A DNA stretch of 64,000 bases from Octopus sinensis (taxonomy: Eukaryota), in NCBI RefSeq assembly GCF_006345805.1, contig NW_021834220.1:7631-71630 (forward strand), written 5' to 3'. The stretch's first letter is position 1; each line of letters starts with the position of its first letter. Below are positions 11,372-23,477 of the stretch, in pieces. The translations under genes were made by a program, and so were the position numbers. The notes under the pieces were generated by a model that saw nothing but the letters and a program-made list of their open reading frames with translations, was not told the DNA's origin and made no database searches.

Positions 11372-11649
11372 TGATCTTCCAAAACGGAGAAAATACCACC
11401 ACCATCATCATCATCATCATCATGATTGTCGCCGTTGTCGTCCTAATCATCACCACCACCACCACACCACCACCACCACCATCATTATCATGTTTCACAT
11501 ATGGTTCGAACGCCCTTCATTAAGATCTTCCGAAACGGAGAAACTACCACCACCATCGTCATCATCATCATTGTCGCCGTTGTCGCCCTAATCACAACCA
11601 CCACCACCACCACCACCATCATCATTATTATGTTTCACATATGGTTCGA
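11372..11649 (+). repeat. Tandem direct duplication of a ~140-bp unit with (CAT)n/(CAC)n
   Basis: GATCTTCC(A/G)AAACGGAGAAA...CATGTTTCACATATGGTTCGA at ~11373-11509 and ~11524-11649. Confidence 0.9.
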
Positions 11650-11787
11650 GTATAACTGAAAAAAAAGAAGAAAAAAATGAAAATGAATAAAAAAAAGTAA
11701 GAGACCCCTACAGTGACGGAGAAAGCGCATTCGTTCCCAGAAACAGACATCGTGTACCCAGCAACTTATATATATGTAGCAACAACT

Positions 11788-11812
<25 letters not shown>

Positions 11813-11820
<8 letters not shown>

Positions 11821-12096
11821 AAAGGGCTTAGTAAAATAAATTACTTTGCCGCATACTGAACTCATTAGAAATAGCAGCTAAAAAACTTTTTTAAAGCTAT
11901 TTCTAATACTTAAAGAAAATCTCTCTCATATATAGTGTTTGCTTAATTCAACAAACACTATATTAAGCAAACACTATATATGAGAGAGATTTTCTTTAAG
12001 TATTAGAAATAGCTTTAAAAAAGTTTTTTAGCTGCTATTTCTAATGAGTTCAGTATGCGGCAAAGTAATTTATTTTACTAAGCCCTTTTATATAAT
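11813..12096. repeat. Perfect inverted repeat: 135-bp arms, 14-nt spacer
   Basis: Arm 11813-11947 is the exact reverse complement of 11962-12096. The spacer is TCAACAAACACTAT. Confidence 0.97.
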
Positions 12097-12189
12097 GTAA
12101 TAATTTGAATTCGCCTTGAATGGTCCCTTTGCATACTGAACACTTGGTGAAATTGATTAATAATTAATTAATTTTGCCCTCAATTGTTG

Positions 12190-12229
<40 letters not shown>

Positions 12230-12430
12230 TGTATATAATCAATCCAAATAAGAACAAGCAAGGAAAAACAACCCGAGGACGTGGAACAACAGGTACTGTT
12301 ATTGGACGCGCAGGAAAGGAAAGAAAAGAAAGAGGATTTCACGTTTCGAGCGGAACTCTTCATCAGAAATATAGAAAAAGTTCAAAGAAGGGAAGACGGA
12401 GAAAGAAAATCGCCAACGATACACACGCAG

Positions 12431-12493
<63 letters not shown>

Positions 12494-13163
12494 ATGGACT
12501 TCTTTCAGTTTCAATCGGCTAAATCCACTCACAAGGCCTTGTAGTAGAAGATATTTGCCCAAGGTGCAACGCAGAGGGAGTGAACCCGGGTTCATGTGGT
12601 TGGGAAGGAAGCTTCTTGCCACAGAGTCACGCCTGCGTATATATATGTGTGTGTGTGTGTGTGTGTATGTATGTTTATATGTGCATGTATGTATACATGT
12701 ATGTCAGTATACCTGCAATTAAGTTTGAATTAAAAGCACTCATAGCAAATTTGATTGTTAAAGAAGAACGAATGTCCCAGATCAGGTGAAACAACTCTCC
12801 ACTCGGTGAGCAAGAATGATATATATCGAAGTTTCGCTAATTTGTAGCTCGTCAGTACCATGTACTCAACACACCTCGAAACAAAACGAATCACCGGTCT
12901 GGGACATATATAAGATACTGTGAAATCTATTTGCTGATGTGATGTGGTGTAGCACATGTGGATCAAAGTTAAAAGTCCGAATTAAAAGCAGCTTTGATAA
13001 TCTAAATATTATTGATTGCGCATACATAGCGTAGAATGTATAATAACCACTTTTTTTCCTTAAGATCTAGAAAATACTTCATCATCTTCCTATGATTACT
13101 GTCAATATACAAAACTTATACACACCTCACCAAAGTTTTTTAACGCCACACCAAGCACGGTCC

Positions 13164-13204
<41 letters not shown>

Positions 13205-13442
13205 ACGGACACGCACGCACACACACACACATAGTGCATCAAGGAAGAAAATGATACTCAAGTGAGTAGCATAAAATCCCTCAGAGATAAACCCCAGTTT
13301 CTGGCCCACAGACGTGTTGTATACTCTCACCGTAGATTCCTGCGCAATTGTAATGTCCTTGGAGCTGATTGGGCTAATCCTACGTCCACACAAGCATCTC
13401 AACTTCTATATGGTATCGAATACGGTATTCATTTATTCTTCT

Positions 13443-13768
13443 AATTGTTTCAGTCATTTGAGCACCGCCTTTAGTCGAATCAAATCGATCCCAGGACTAA
13501 TTCTTTGTAAGCCTAGCACTTATCCTGTCGGTCTCTTTTGCCTGCATCGGTTGTCAAGCGATGTTGGGTGGGTGGGTGGGACAAACACAGATACACACAC
13601 ACATATTTACGACGGGTTTCTTTCAGGTTCCGTCTACCAAATCCACTCACAAGTCTTTGGTCGGCTCGAGGCTATAGTACAAGACACTTGCCCAAGGTAC
13701 CACGCAGTGGGACTGAACCCAGAACCATGTGGTTGGTAAGCAAGCTACTTACCACACAGCCACACCTG
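13443..13768 (-). mobile_element. Family-B SINE (internal deletion)
   Basis: Same landmarks as the 9133-9525 copy. Confidence 0.88.
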
Positions 13769-14942
13769 CGCCACAATGTTATAAGAAAAAATTCTTGATA
13801 TAGTCACAAAGTTTGAAAGGAAAATTTTCTTCAATTAAAAATTGTTAATTAATTACATAATAAATCGTATAAAATAAAGACTTGATGTGTGTGGGAACGT
13901 GTGTGTGTGTATATATATATATACATACATACATGCATGCATGCATACATACATACATACGTACATACATACATACATACATACATACATACATACATAC
14001 ATACATGTTCATATATAAATGTGTAGGAGGGAGGAGAGAGGAATCTACATTTATCATCACTGTCGTAAGCTGGAATTATTGGTTGAGTTTTTTCAGCTTT
14101 TACAGTCCGCAACCTGTACCAGGTCTTATTACTTTAAAAAAAATCATGCAGATAAATATATATTAATATACTTAATTACATAATTCAATTAAAAACGTAT
14201 TCGTTTTAATTATACCATAAAACAGTTTTCGTACAGCACCGCTGTTACTTAACCCTGTCCGTATAGCCTCATACGTTTAAGGAGCGCCTCTTGTAATACG
14301 TTGGTTTTGTATGGATCGGTCTTGTTAATAATTGCTTCCAATGTTTCTAATTTTGGTTCAAGGCTAGCAAGTTTTGGAGGATGGAATGTCGAGTACACAC
14401 GCCGACCCAGGACCCATCTGGTACTTATTATAACGACCCGGAAAAAAATGGAAGGCAAAGTCGACCTAGGGAGAATTCTGACTCAGAACCTAAACCCGGA
14501 AGAAATTCCATTAAGCATTATGTCCGGTGTGCTAACGATTTTGCCTGCTCGTCGCCCTGGGTTTCGTTTATATTGAAATCTTTTTATTTAGTACAGAGGG
14601 ACATTACAAGAAAAGTTTACAGTTTGTGAAGGGTTTTACATACGAGGTGAGAGGAAAGAAAAATAAAAGACGGTGAAAATGAAATAAAAGTATACATGGT
14701 GAACAAATTGGGTGAACACAGGAATGATGTAGTTTTCCTAATAGAGGAGAACCTCAATCTTGGGCCAATGAAGGAATCCCACAGATCCAGGATAGCCCTG
14801 ACCACCAAAAGCCCGAGCCCTCGCTCAGATGTTCTCCAATCTACAGGTGCAAACTGAAAGTAGTTCCATTTACACAAACCGTTTTGCCACAGTCATCCAC
14901 CTTCTTACAAATTCAAATTAATAATATAAATGCAATAACTAA

Positions 14943-15177
14943 GACCTATTTCTTTATTGCCCACAAGGGGCTAAACACAGAGGGGACAAACAAGGACAGA
15001 CATAGGTATTAAGTCGATTACATCGACCCCAGTGCGTAACTGGTACTTAATTTATCGACCCCGAAAGGATGAAAGGCAAAGTCGACCTCGGCGGAATTTT
15101 GAACTCACAACGTAACGCAGACGAAATACCGCTAAGCATTTCGCCCGGCGTGCTAACGTTTCTGCCAGCTCGCCGCC
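14943..15177 (-). mobile_element. Family-A SINE monomer
   Basis: Near-consensus reverse copy ending ...GTTTCTGCCAGCTCGCCGCC. Confidence 0.92.
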
Positions 15178-15711
15178 ATTAAGACCGTTACCTTCATAGT
15201 TCACTTACGTTCATAGATATCTTCTTGTTTCTTTTTTATCGCTTAGAAAGAGAAATAAAAATGTTCTGTCTTTCATTCCTTTGTAATGATGCTCACGTTT
15301 CAAAGAAACTCAGGTAATGCTATCATCATTGTTGCTCACCCATAGATCATCTCTGATGGATTCAACCCATGATCGATGGCGTTCCGTCCGCGACCACCTC
15401 CATGGAAAGACACAAGACTACCTTATCCAAGATATCACAGGACTACCTTATCCAAGTCACACCCTACTGTGTGGTAAGGGTGTGAGATTTGAATGAACTG
15501 GCTGCTATTTCTAGCAGACCGATAGTCTACAAAGAAGCGTCTTCGTTGGCTAGAATAGAAATTAGTTTCAGTCGTTCGTATTTTCTCCATTTATTTTAAT
15601 CTCTTTCAATGTTATTGAAATTTACGCACAAAAATAATTTATCGCAGCATTTTATTTTATTAATTTCTTTTAGCTCTGTTCTTCCTCTACAGCTTTAATT
15701 CTTTTATTCTT

Positions 15712-15935
15712 CTACTTGTTTCAGGCATTTGACTGCGGCCATGCTGGAGCACAGCCTAACAGGGATTTTTAGTCGAAGAAATCGACCTTAGTACTTATTT
15801 TTTGTAAACCTAATACTTACTATCACTTTTGCCTAACCGCTAAGTTACGGGGACTTAAACACACTAGCATCGGTTGTCAAGCGATGGCGGAGGGACAAAA
15901 ACACACACACACACGTACACACACAAACACACACA

Positions 15936-15994
<59 letters not shown>

Positions 15995-16155
15995 AAGTAT
16001 ATATATATACATATTCGACGGGCTTCTTTCAGTTTCCGTCTACTAAATCCACTCACAAAGCCTCGATCGGCCTGAGGCACAAGGTGCTACACAGGGGAAC
16101 TAAACCCGGAACCATGTGGTTGGGAAGCAAGCTTCTTACCTCACAGCCACTCCTG
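15712..16155 (-). mobile_element. Family-B SINE with expanded internal (CA)n
   Basis: Family-B landmarks on both sides of a (CA)n tract. Confidence 0.9.
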
Positions 16156-16734
16156 TACCTCTTTGTTCATGGTTTTTGAAATTTTTACCTCTTTTCAAAC
16201 ACATGACAATGGAGTGCCAACAACAAAAAAAAAAAAACAGAGAAGAAGAAAGAAAAAAATTATCAGTCAATCGAGTAGGATCGAACCCGGTTCGCCAGGT
16301 AATTCTTAGCTGTTCCTCATTCAGCTATATTTTCTATCATTCTTAAATCCACATAGAAATACAAAATGCCTGATTTGTAAGGAAAGAGGCTAAAATGATT
16401 AAATCAGACTCAATACTTTAATGGTATTAAATTTTAACGACCCCTGGAGGGAATAACAAACACACTTAATACCCGGTAGGATTTGAAACAGAAAATGTAA
16501 AGGGACGTAACTTCGATATTGCAAATATAACTCTTAACACTTTGTCCCGCTCGTAGAAAATTAACCGGTTTGTAGGGTTTTGGTGATAGTAATAACACTA
16601 CATAAATTTACGATTTTACTTTTCCTTAACAAAGTTAAAAAGCTTTAAATTCATAGCATAAAAACAAATGGGCAGAATGAAATTTTGTGATGTTTATGAA
16701 TCATATTTTTGTTTTTCCGCTTAACTATATTCAG

Positions 16735-16909
16735 CACCTATAAAAATTACAGGCATATCTGTAAAGATTATAGACATGTAGAGAGAAGGCAAGATGGTTC
16801 ACGATGGAAGGGAAACTATTCAGTATGGACTGAAAGCAAAGCCAGTGAAGGATGCAAATTAAGTCCCTTAGCACAGCACACAGATAACCTCGTAAAAAAT
16901 CTGAACACA
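16735..16909 (+). CDS. Candidate coding exon (phase 2-0), unidentified
   Basis: Acceptor ttttgtttttccgcttaactatattcag| and donor ACA|gtgagt. 58 open codons: TYKNYRHICKDYRHVERRQDGSRWKGNYSVWTESKASEGCKLSPLAQHTDNLVKNLNT. A minus-strand reading is also possible. Confidence 0.4.
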
Positions 16910-16956
16910 GTGAGTCGGCTTATACTAATCAATTATTCGTTTTACTGTGCGATTGC

Positions 16957-17016
<60 letters not shown>

Positions 17017-17186
17017 AATAATTATTATATCTAGTCGACTACGTTCCGAATTCATGTCCTTTGGTGAACTTCGCATTTCATCCCACCAGAGATAATAAAA
17101 TAAGGTACCAGCTAACTACTGGGGTCGATGATAACGACTACTTTCTTTGCTTCGAAATTGCTGGCTTTGTATCGCAATCAGAAGTC

Positions 17187-17565
17187 GAGTGGCTGTGTGG
17201 TAAGTAGCTTGCTTACGAACCACATGGTCCCGGGTTCATTCCCACTGCGTGGCACCTTAATCAAGTGTCTTCTACTATAGCCTCGGGCCGACCAAAGCCT
17301 TGTGAGTGGATTTGGTAGACGGAAACTGAAAGAAGTCTGTCGTATATATTTATATATGTGTGTGTGTGTGTGTTTGCCCCCCCCCCCCAACATCGCTTGA
17401 CAACTGATGCTGGTGTGTTTACGTCCCCGTAACTTACCGGTTCGGCAAAAGACAACGATAGAATAAGTACTAGGCTTACAAAGAATAAGTCCTGGGGTCG
17501 ATTTGCTCGACTAAAGGCTGTGCTCCAGCATGGCCTCAATCAAATGACTGAAACAAGTAAAAGAG
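17187..17565 (+). mobile_element. Family-B SINE, full length
   Basis: GAGTGGCTGTGTGGTAAGTAGCTTG...GGTTCATTCCC...CTATAGCCTCGGGCCGACC...GCTCCAGCATGGCC. Confidence 0.92.
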
Positions 17566-17794
17566 AAAAAAAGTAAAAGAGTTATATGTATATATAATTC
17601 AGTATGTTCTGCGTTCAAATCGTCACGAGGCCAGCATTTCATCATTCCGGGGTCTGATATAATGCTGTTCCATCTCATTCCCGTGGTTTGATACTTATCG
17701 ACTGAAAAATATCTGGCTTTGTATTTATGTAAGGATTGATTTTTATAATAAACTTTTCGACTTTGAGCACAACACCTGCAAGTTTTTTTGGGGG

Positions 17795-17889
17795 GAATCA
17801 GGTTAATTGATTATATCAACCCCAGAACTTGACTGACACTTATTCCATCGATCCCGAAAGGATGAAAGCAATAATAATAATAATAATAA

Positions 17890-17930
<41 letters not shown>

Positions 17931-18720
17931 TCCTTTCTTCTATAGGCACAAGGCTTGAAACTTTGGCGGGAGGGGGTTAGTCGAGTGCATCGACCTGAGT
18001 GGGTAACTGGTAATTCATGAAAAGCAAAGTCGACATCGACGGAATTTGAACTCGGAACATAGCGACGGGCGAAATACTACTAAGCATTTCGTCCAGCGTG
18101 CTAACGATTCTGCCATCTCGCCGCCTTTAATAATAATCCTTTCTACTAAAGGCACAAGGCCCGAAATTTGGTGGGAGGGAAGTAGTCAATTACATCGACC
18201 CCAGTGTTTCACTGGTACTAAATTTATCGACCTCGAAAAGATGAAAGGCAAGGTCGACCTCGGCAGAATTTGAACTCGGACAGGTGAAATACCTATTTCT
18301 TTACTACCCAAGGGGCTAAACACAGAGAGGAAAACAAGGACAGACAAACGGATTAAGTCGGTTATATCGACCCCAGTGCGTAACTGGTACTTATTTAATC
18401 GACCCCGAAAGGATGAAAGGCAAAGTCGACCTCGGCGGAAATTGAACTCAGAACGTAACGGCAGACGAAATACCACTAAGCATTTCCTATAGTGTACTAA
18501 CTATTCTGCCAGCTCGTCACCTTTAATAATAATTATTTCTACTAAGTGGGGAGTAGTCAATTATATCGACCCCAGTGTTTCACTGGTATCTAATTTATCG
18601 ATCCCGAAAGGATGAAATGCAAAGTCAGCCTCGACGGAATTTGAATTTAGAATAGAAGGTCGGACGAAATGCTGTTAATCTTCTTCTCTGCCATGGTAGC
18701 GATTCAGCCAGCTTACCATC
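17795..18720 (-). mobile_element. Cluster of about five family-A SINE copies/fragments with an (AAT)n tract
   Basis: Repeated GAAAGGATGAAAGGCAAAGTCGACCTCGGCGGAATTTGAACTC units, all on the minus strand. Confidence 0.88.
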
Positions 18721-19556
18721 TCAATAAATTTCTATAATAAAATGTTACTGCTTATCTTTATATTAGCTTCTCTTACAATCTAGCAGATGTATAATCCAAG
18801 CTGTTTCAGATGTACCCATCGTGTCATTTTAGGATTATTAAGGACTACATTATCTAAAGCAATCTTGAATCTTGTTAAATTTCTTCCAACCACTTTAAGT
18901 TTTTCGACTTTTTCACCGGATTATCTTTCAAAACTGTAGTCCTGATATAGTTTTGCATGTTGAGGACGCACATCGTATCCATGTTTTTTTTTCTGGAAAT
19001 TAATGATAAAAATACATTTAAGTAATGTAGCTTAAGCTACAAGCATTTAAAGTTACGTAATTTTAAGTGATTGAATGAAGATCCGCAAACTTTACTTAAA
19101 AAAAAAAAATAAAAGAAAATTGCGGATAGTTTTAGCTGCTATTTGTAAGCATTTCTAGCAATCGTCTAATATATGAAAACAATGAAAAAGACAATAGGTC
19201 GAAGGGCCATGTAGAATTCAATCATTTATGTGTGTTTAAGTTAAATTTTTGAATCCTGTTAGGGCACACTTTACTTCTCTTTCATCTTCCCTGGGGGTCT
19301 TTAGAAGCGAACGATTAAGTTGCAAAGCGACGAATTGTTTGAATCATTATAGCAACTTATGGTTTTATTCGGTGCGTGTGGACTTTGAGTTCAATTCCTG
19401 CAGAAATCGTGATTTTTATTCCTTCATCCTGATCATGACATGGAGATTTCTACCCGGAGTCCTAGGTCTCATAGGACAGGTTACTCATAGGACCGGATGC
19501 CATAGCGCATAAGTGACCGAAATCACATCACTACCGCTGAATAGGATGCCAGCCAT

Positions 19557-20070
19557 GTGCGCGAATTTTTTTTCCCACGAGAGTTTCGGACCCCAGTTTT
19601 GATCTCATTTGCATGCAGCTAATCAGAGCTCAACTATCAAAGTAATTAATGAGCGCATAACAAGTGATGGGTGATAAGATAAAGTCTCTTGGTTAAGGAA
19701 TGACCATGCTTCGTTTCACTTATAATAATGCTTGTTTTTCTTGTTCTTGTTTCAAACATGGCTGCCTCTGCGAAGTTATTTGTGTTGTTGCTTACTTTGT
19801 AACCCGCATTTCCCCATCCACCTCTTTACGATATGGGGCCCCTACCAAAATCCGATAATAGGTATAGATGCAAATCTATCTAATTACTTGTCTCCTTCTA
19901 AAACCAGGAATAACTTGGCGATCGGTCGATTTACAATACCCGTTCTTCGTTTTGAGTTCACTTGGTAGAGTGTGTTTGTTAACTTGACAACAAGGCCAAG
20001 GTGAGCTCTGATTGGCTGCATGCAAATGAGTTCATTACTGGGGTCCTAAACTCTTATCGGAAAAAAAGAA
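19557..20070 (+). mobile_element. MITE (~510 bp) with ~65-bp TIRs containing ATTTGCAT and CCAATCAG, inserted in a minus-strand family-C-related SINE
   Basis: Left TIR TTTTTCCCACGAGAGTTTCGGACCCCAG...CTCATTTGCATGCAGCTAATCAGAGCTC; right TIR GAGCTCTGATTGGCTGCATGCAAATGAG...CTGGGGTCC. A second copy lies at 47390-47945. Confidence 0.85.
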
Positions 20071-20444
20071 CCGGTGCAGGTTTTGCTGCTGAGTGGTCGT
20101 GGAGCAACATGAAATGTATTTTCCTCAAGAAAGCAACGCTATGGCATCCGGTCCTACGAGTAACCTGTCCTATGAGACCTAGGCTCGGAATAGAAACCAC
20201 GCTCTTGCGACTGTGAGTAGCACGCGCCTTTCACTCTTTCGAGGGTTCGATGAATAAGGTGCTAATCAAGAATCGAGGTCGATTTCTCGAAATCAGTTAC
20301 ATTGCAGAGGGTGAAGGAAGTTCATATCACGGGCCCAAAATTCTTTCATAATTACTTTGTGGATACGATATCAATGAATGAAATGTAACTAGTATCATCG
20401 ATGCAGTTATTGTTTTCCTGAGACCTAAATTTGTGGCTATGTTA

Positions 20445-20784
20445 GGACTCCCTTCGGTCATGAATGACCATGGGATTGCACCTAGAAGTTGCCTTCCGAG
20501 GCACAAGTCCGGACATAGTTGTTTACGGAAGACCAGCAGTCGCCCATACATGCCAGCCTCCTCTCTGTTATCTAAAGCTACCTATATTATCTAAAGGAAA
20601 AACAAAGGCCGACACAGCTTGGCTTCAGTGACGTCGCACCTCATTTCTACAGCTGATTGGACTGGAGCAATGTGAAATAAAGTGTCTTGATCAAGAACAC
20701 AACACGCAGCCCGGTCCGGGAATCATACTCACCAACTCACGATCGTAAACCCGGCGCTTAAACCATTGAGCCATGCGCCTTCAC
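20445..20784 (-). mobile_element. Family-C SINE
   Basis: Matches 1703-2033. Confidence 0.88.
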
Positions 20785-21314
20785 TGTGGTCATGTAATGA
20801 TTTAAAAAATTGCAATATTTTCATTATTTGTCAGCATCAGTACATCCTACCTCTTTAAATTCTGGTTTCAAAACTGAGGTCGACTTTGTCTTTAATTTTT
20901 CAAGGTCGATTTCACTGTTCATTTATTTCGAAAGTGATAAAACAAAATACCAGTTACATGCTGGGGTGACGATACAGTCTACACACCTCCTTTAAATTTG
21001 ATGTTGTCAGCCTTATAATGAAACGAATTATTACCAATAATGTAATATAAAGGTGGTGAGCCGACGGCATCGTTGGTGCGTCCGACAAAATGCTTAGCGG
21101 CCTTTCTTATTTGTTCTTTACGCTTTGAATTAAATTTTCGACGAGGTCGACTTCGATTTTCATCCTTTCGGGTCGATAAACGAAGTATCAGTTGAGTATT
21201 GATTTATTGTAATCGATTAAACCCCCTCTCCCTAAAATTGCTGGCCTTGTGCTAAAATAAGAAAGAAATATTATGTATAACGTTATTCAGATGTTCACGA
21301 TATTGTCAAATGTC

Positions 21315-21548
21315 AAGGCGGCAAGCTGGCAGAAACGTTAGCACGCCGGGCGAAATGCGTAGCAGTATTTCGTCTGCCGTTACGTTCTGAGTTCAAATTC
21401 CGCCGAGGTTGACTTTGCCTTTCATCCTTTCGGGACCGATAAATTAAGTACCAGTTACGCACTGGGGTCGGTATAATCGACTTAATCCGTTTGTCTGTCC
21501 TTGATTCTCCTCTCTGTGTTTAGCCCCTTGTGGGTAGTAAAGAAATAG
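21315..21548 (+). mobile_element. Family-A SINE monomer with 15-bp TSD; an older family-A copy lies at ~21047-21270
   Basis: GATATTGTCAAATGT at 21299-21313 and 21548-21562. Confidence 0.9.
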
Positions 21549-22519
21549 ATATTGTCAAATGTTATGCTTTAAAGAAGCTTTACTATGGAAGGAAACCGAT
21601 GACACAATCAAAATATTTGCCATGATGAAAGAAGTTCGTGTGTCATACTTTAAACGTTTAACTATGAAAGGATATCAAAGACATAATTGCAATATTTAAC
21701 ACAATAAAGCAAGTTCGAGTGTTACGCATTCAAGAATGTTAACTGTAGTTCGAAATGCAAGACATAATCGATATTTTAACAAAATGAAATCGATGTCTTG
21801 AAGATCTACAATTTTATACATTAAAAAATGAAGAACATTTATAAAATTTTGAATTACCACTGGTCCCGTTAGTTGTAAGGCATTATGGATAAGTACTTTT
21901 TTGACCCTTCTGTGTAACACGTTTGCTATTAGATATTTAAGCTCCTGTGGATAATAAAGAAATATTTATTACCAGCATTAATGGATGAGAAAATGATTTT
22001 GTTGGTTTATGTTGACAACAAAGAGCTTTAGGATATTAAAGATTCACTTCATTACTTTGGCGTAAAAAGTAAGGTTTCTCTTTGTTATTCAAGACGATCA
22101 GCTCTGGAACAACGGGATGGTCTGTGATAGTCTCTGGGATAGTCTGTGCTGTCCGCAAAGGGAATTGTGACGAATACGTTCCACAAAATTCGAAAATTTT
22201 GCAAAATATAAAAAAGAAAAAGGCATTATATATTTTAAAAAGGGAAATAGAAAAGGAAATGAAAATTGTAAAACCAACACGCCTCTTCATACAGACATTG
22301 AAATTTTAAGAAAAACAAAATGGTGAAAATGCAAATTTTTAAGACAAAGGCATTAACAACAATAGTAAATTTTTTGCTAGTATTGCGAATCAGCAAAAAA
22401 CTTAAACATAGTTCAGCTTCAAGAAAAGAAGAAAAGGGAAATGCATAGAAAATAAACATTATGCTCTTGTCAAAGTTATTCCTTAGATAAGTACAAGGAA
22501 GAACGTAATGTGAATTTGT

Positions 22520-23010
22520 TTTTTAAGAGGAAGTTGGAGGTTTTCTCATGATCTCGAGTGAACAATTAGAAGAAGCTTTGATCGATGCGGTATGACGTTA
22601 TGTGCCTGGATTTTAAGATTAAGGAGAAGGCAAAGAAACAGGCTAAAGTGGTGGGTTGCACAAAACTACGGAAATGTGTGGATAGACAAAACAATGTTCT
22701 ACAGCCAGGGATTATTAGAACGAACGTTGAACCTCGGGTCGCCGTCATCTTTGTGGTACAGTGCAAGCTGGTGATGGGTGAAGAGGAGACCATCATCCGC
22801 AACAATATATGAGCAGGTGGACATGATGGTCCAGATAATTTCAGAACAGTACAACGCTGTCTTGAAGTGTTAACATCATTGTCAAAGTGTAGAAGAAGTG
22901 AATCAGCCTAGTACTGCAAGGCGGAGGCTATTTGTCACACTTGTAGGAGTAAAGACCATTTGAGGAATTTCTGCCGAGATGAGGATAAAATAGAAGAGGA
23001 CAAGTAGCGG
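22520..23010 (+). pseudogene. Decayed gag-like / LINE ORF1 fragment with a CCHC zinc knuckle
   Basis: 22933-22974 translates CHTCRSKDHLRNFC (C-x2-C-x4-H-x4-C). It is preceded by a frameshifted remnant of a first knuckle (C*HHCQSV...SA*YCK). Stops are present. Confidence 0.55.
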
Positions 23011-23477
23011 AAAAGTCAACGGCAAGAGCAAGCATCCATGCCTGGTATCGTTAGTGTCTGCCACCAGGCTACCATGATTCACCACTCAGAGAATGATCAA
23101 AGTGGAAAAAATACCCCCTCCACCAGTTTCAAGTGAAATAGAAAGTAGGAACTGAAGGTTCCTCCACTGCAAAGTAATATTTTGCTTGGACAGAATCCGA
23201 AACCACGTGGTTACAAAGCAAGATTCGTCACCATGCGGCCATACTTGGCATTACTTATTCTGGCTCTGACGTTCTGAGATCAAATCCTTTAGTTTTCTAT
23301 TCTTTCCTCACTAATCACGATGGCGCTACAAAATATCATTGACGCTTCACATCCTTTATGGCTAATTCATTCAAAACATAAATATACAAAGGGAATAAAT
23401 GGAAAACCAGTTTAAATAAATATTCATAATAAAAGACTAAGTATAATGAATCGAATTAATTCTGAAGTAGTAGTAGT

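Noticed and set aside
14617-14877. Minus-strand ORF containing RGLGLLVVRAILD (HATPase G2-box-like)
   Set aside because: An isolated short motif in eukaryotic intronic context, with no other HATPase boxes. The + strand long frame here is broken by a stop at 14674.
15340-15474. Apparent exon with good splice sites (SSLMDSTHDRW...LLC)
   Set aside because: It overlaps a recurrent repeat (GACTAC(A/C)TTATC...GCTGCTATTTCTAGC, partly also at ~18760-18850), so it is probably repeat-derived.
17187-17260. tRNA gene-like A/B boxes in SINE heads
   Set aside because: No complete cloverleaf or acceptor stem, and they continue into SINE bodies. Not tRNA genes.
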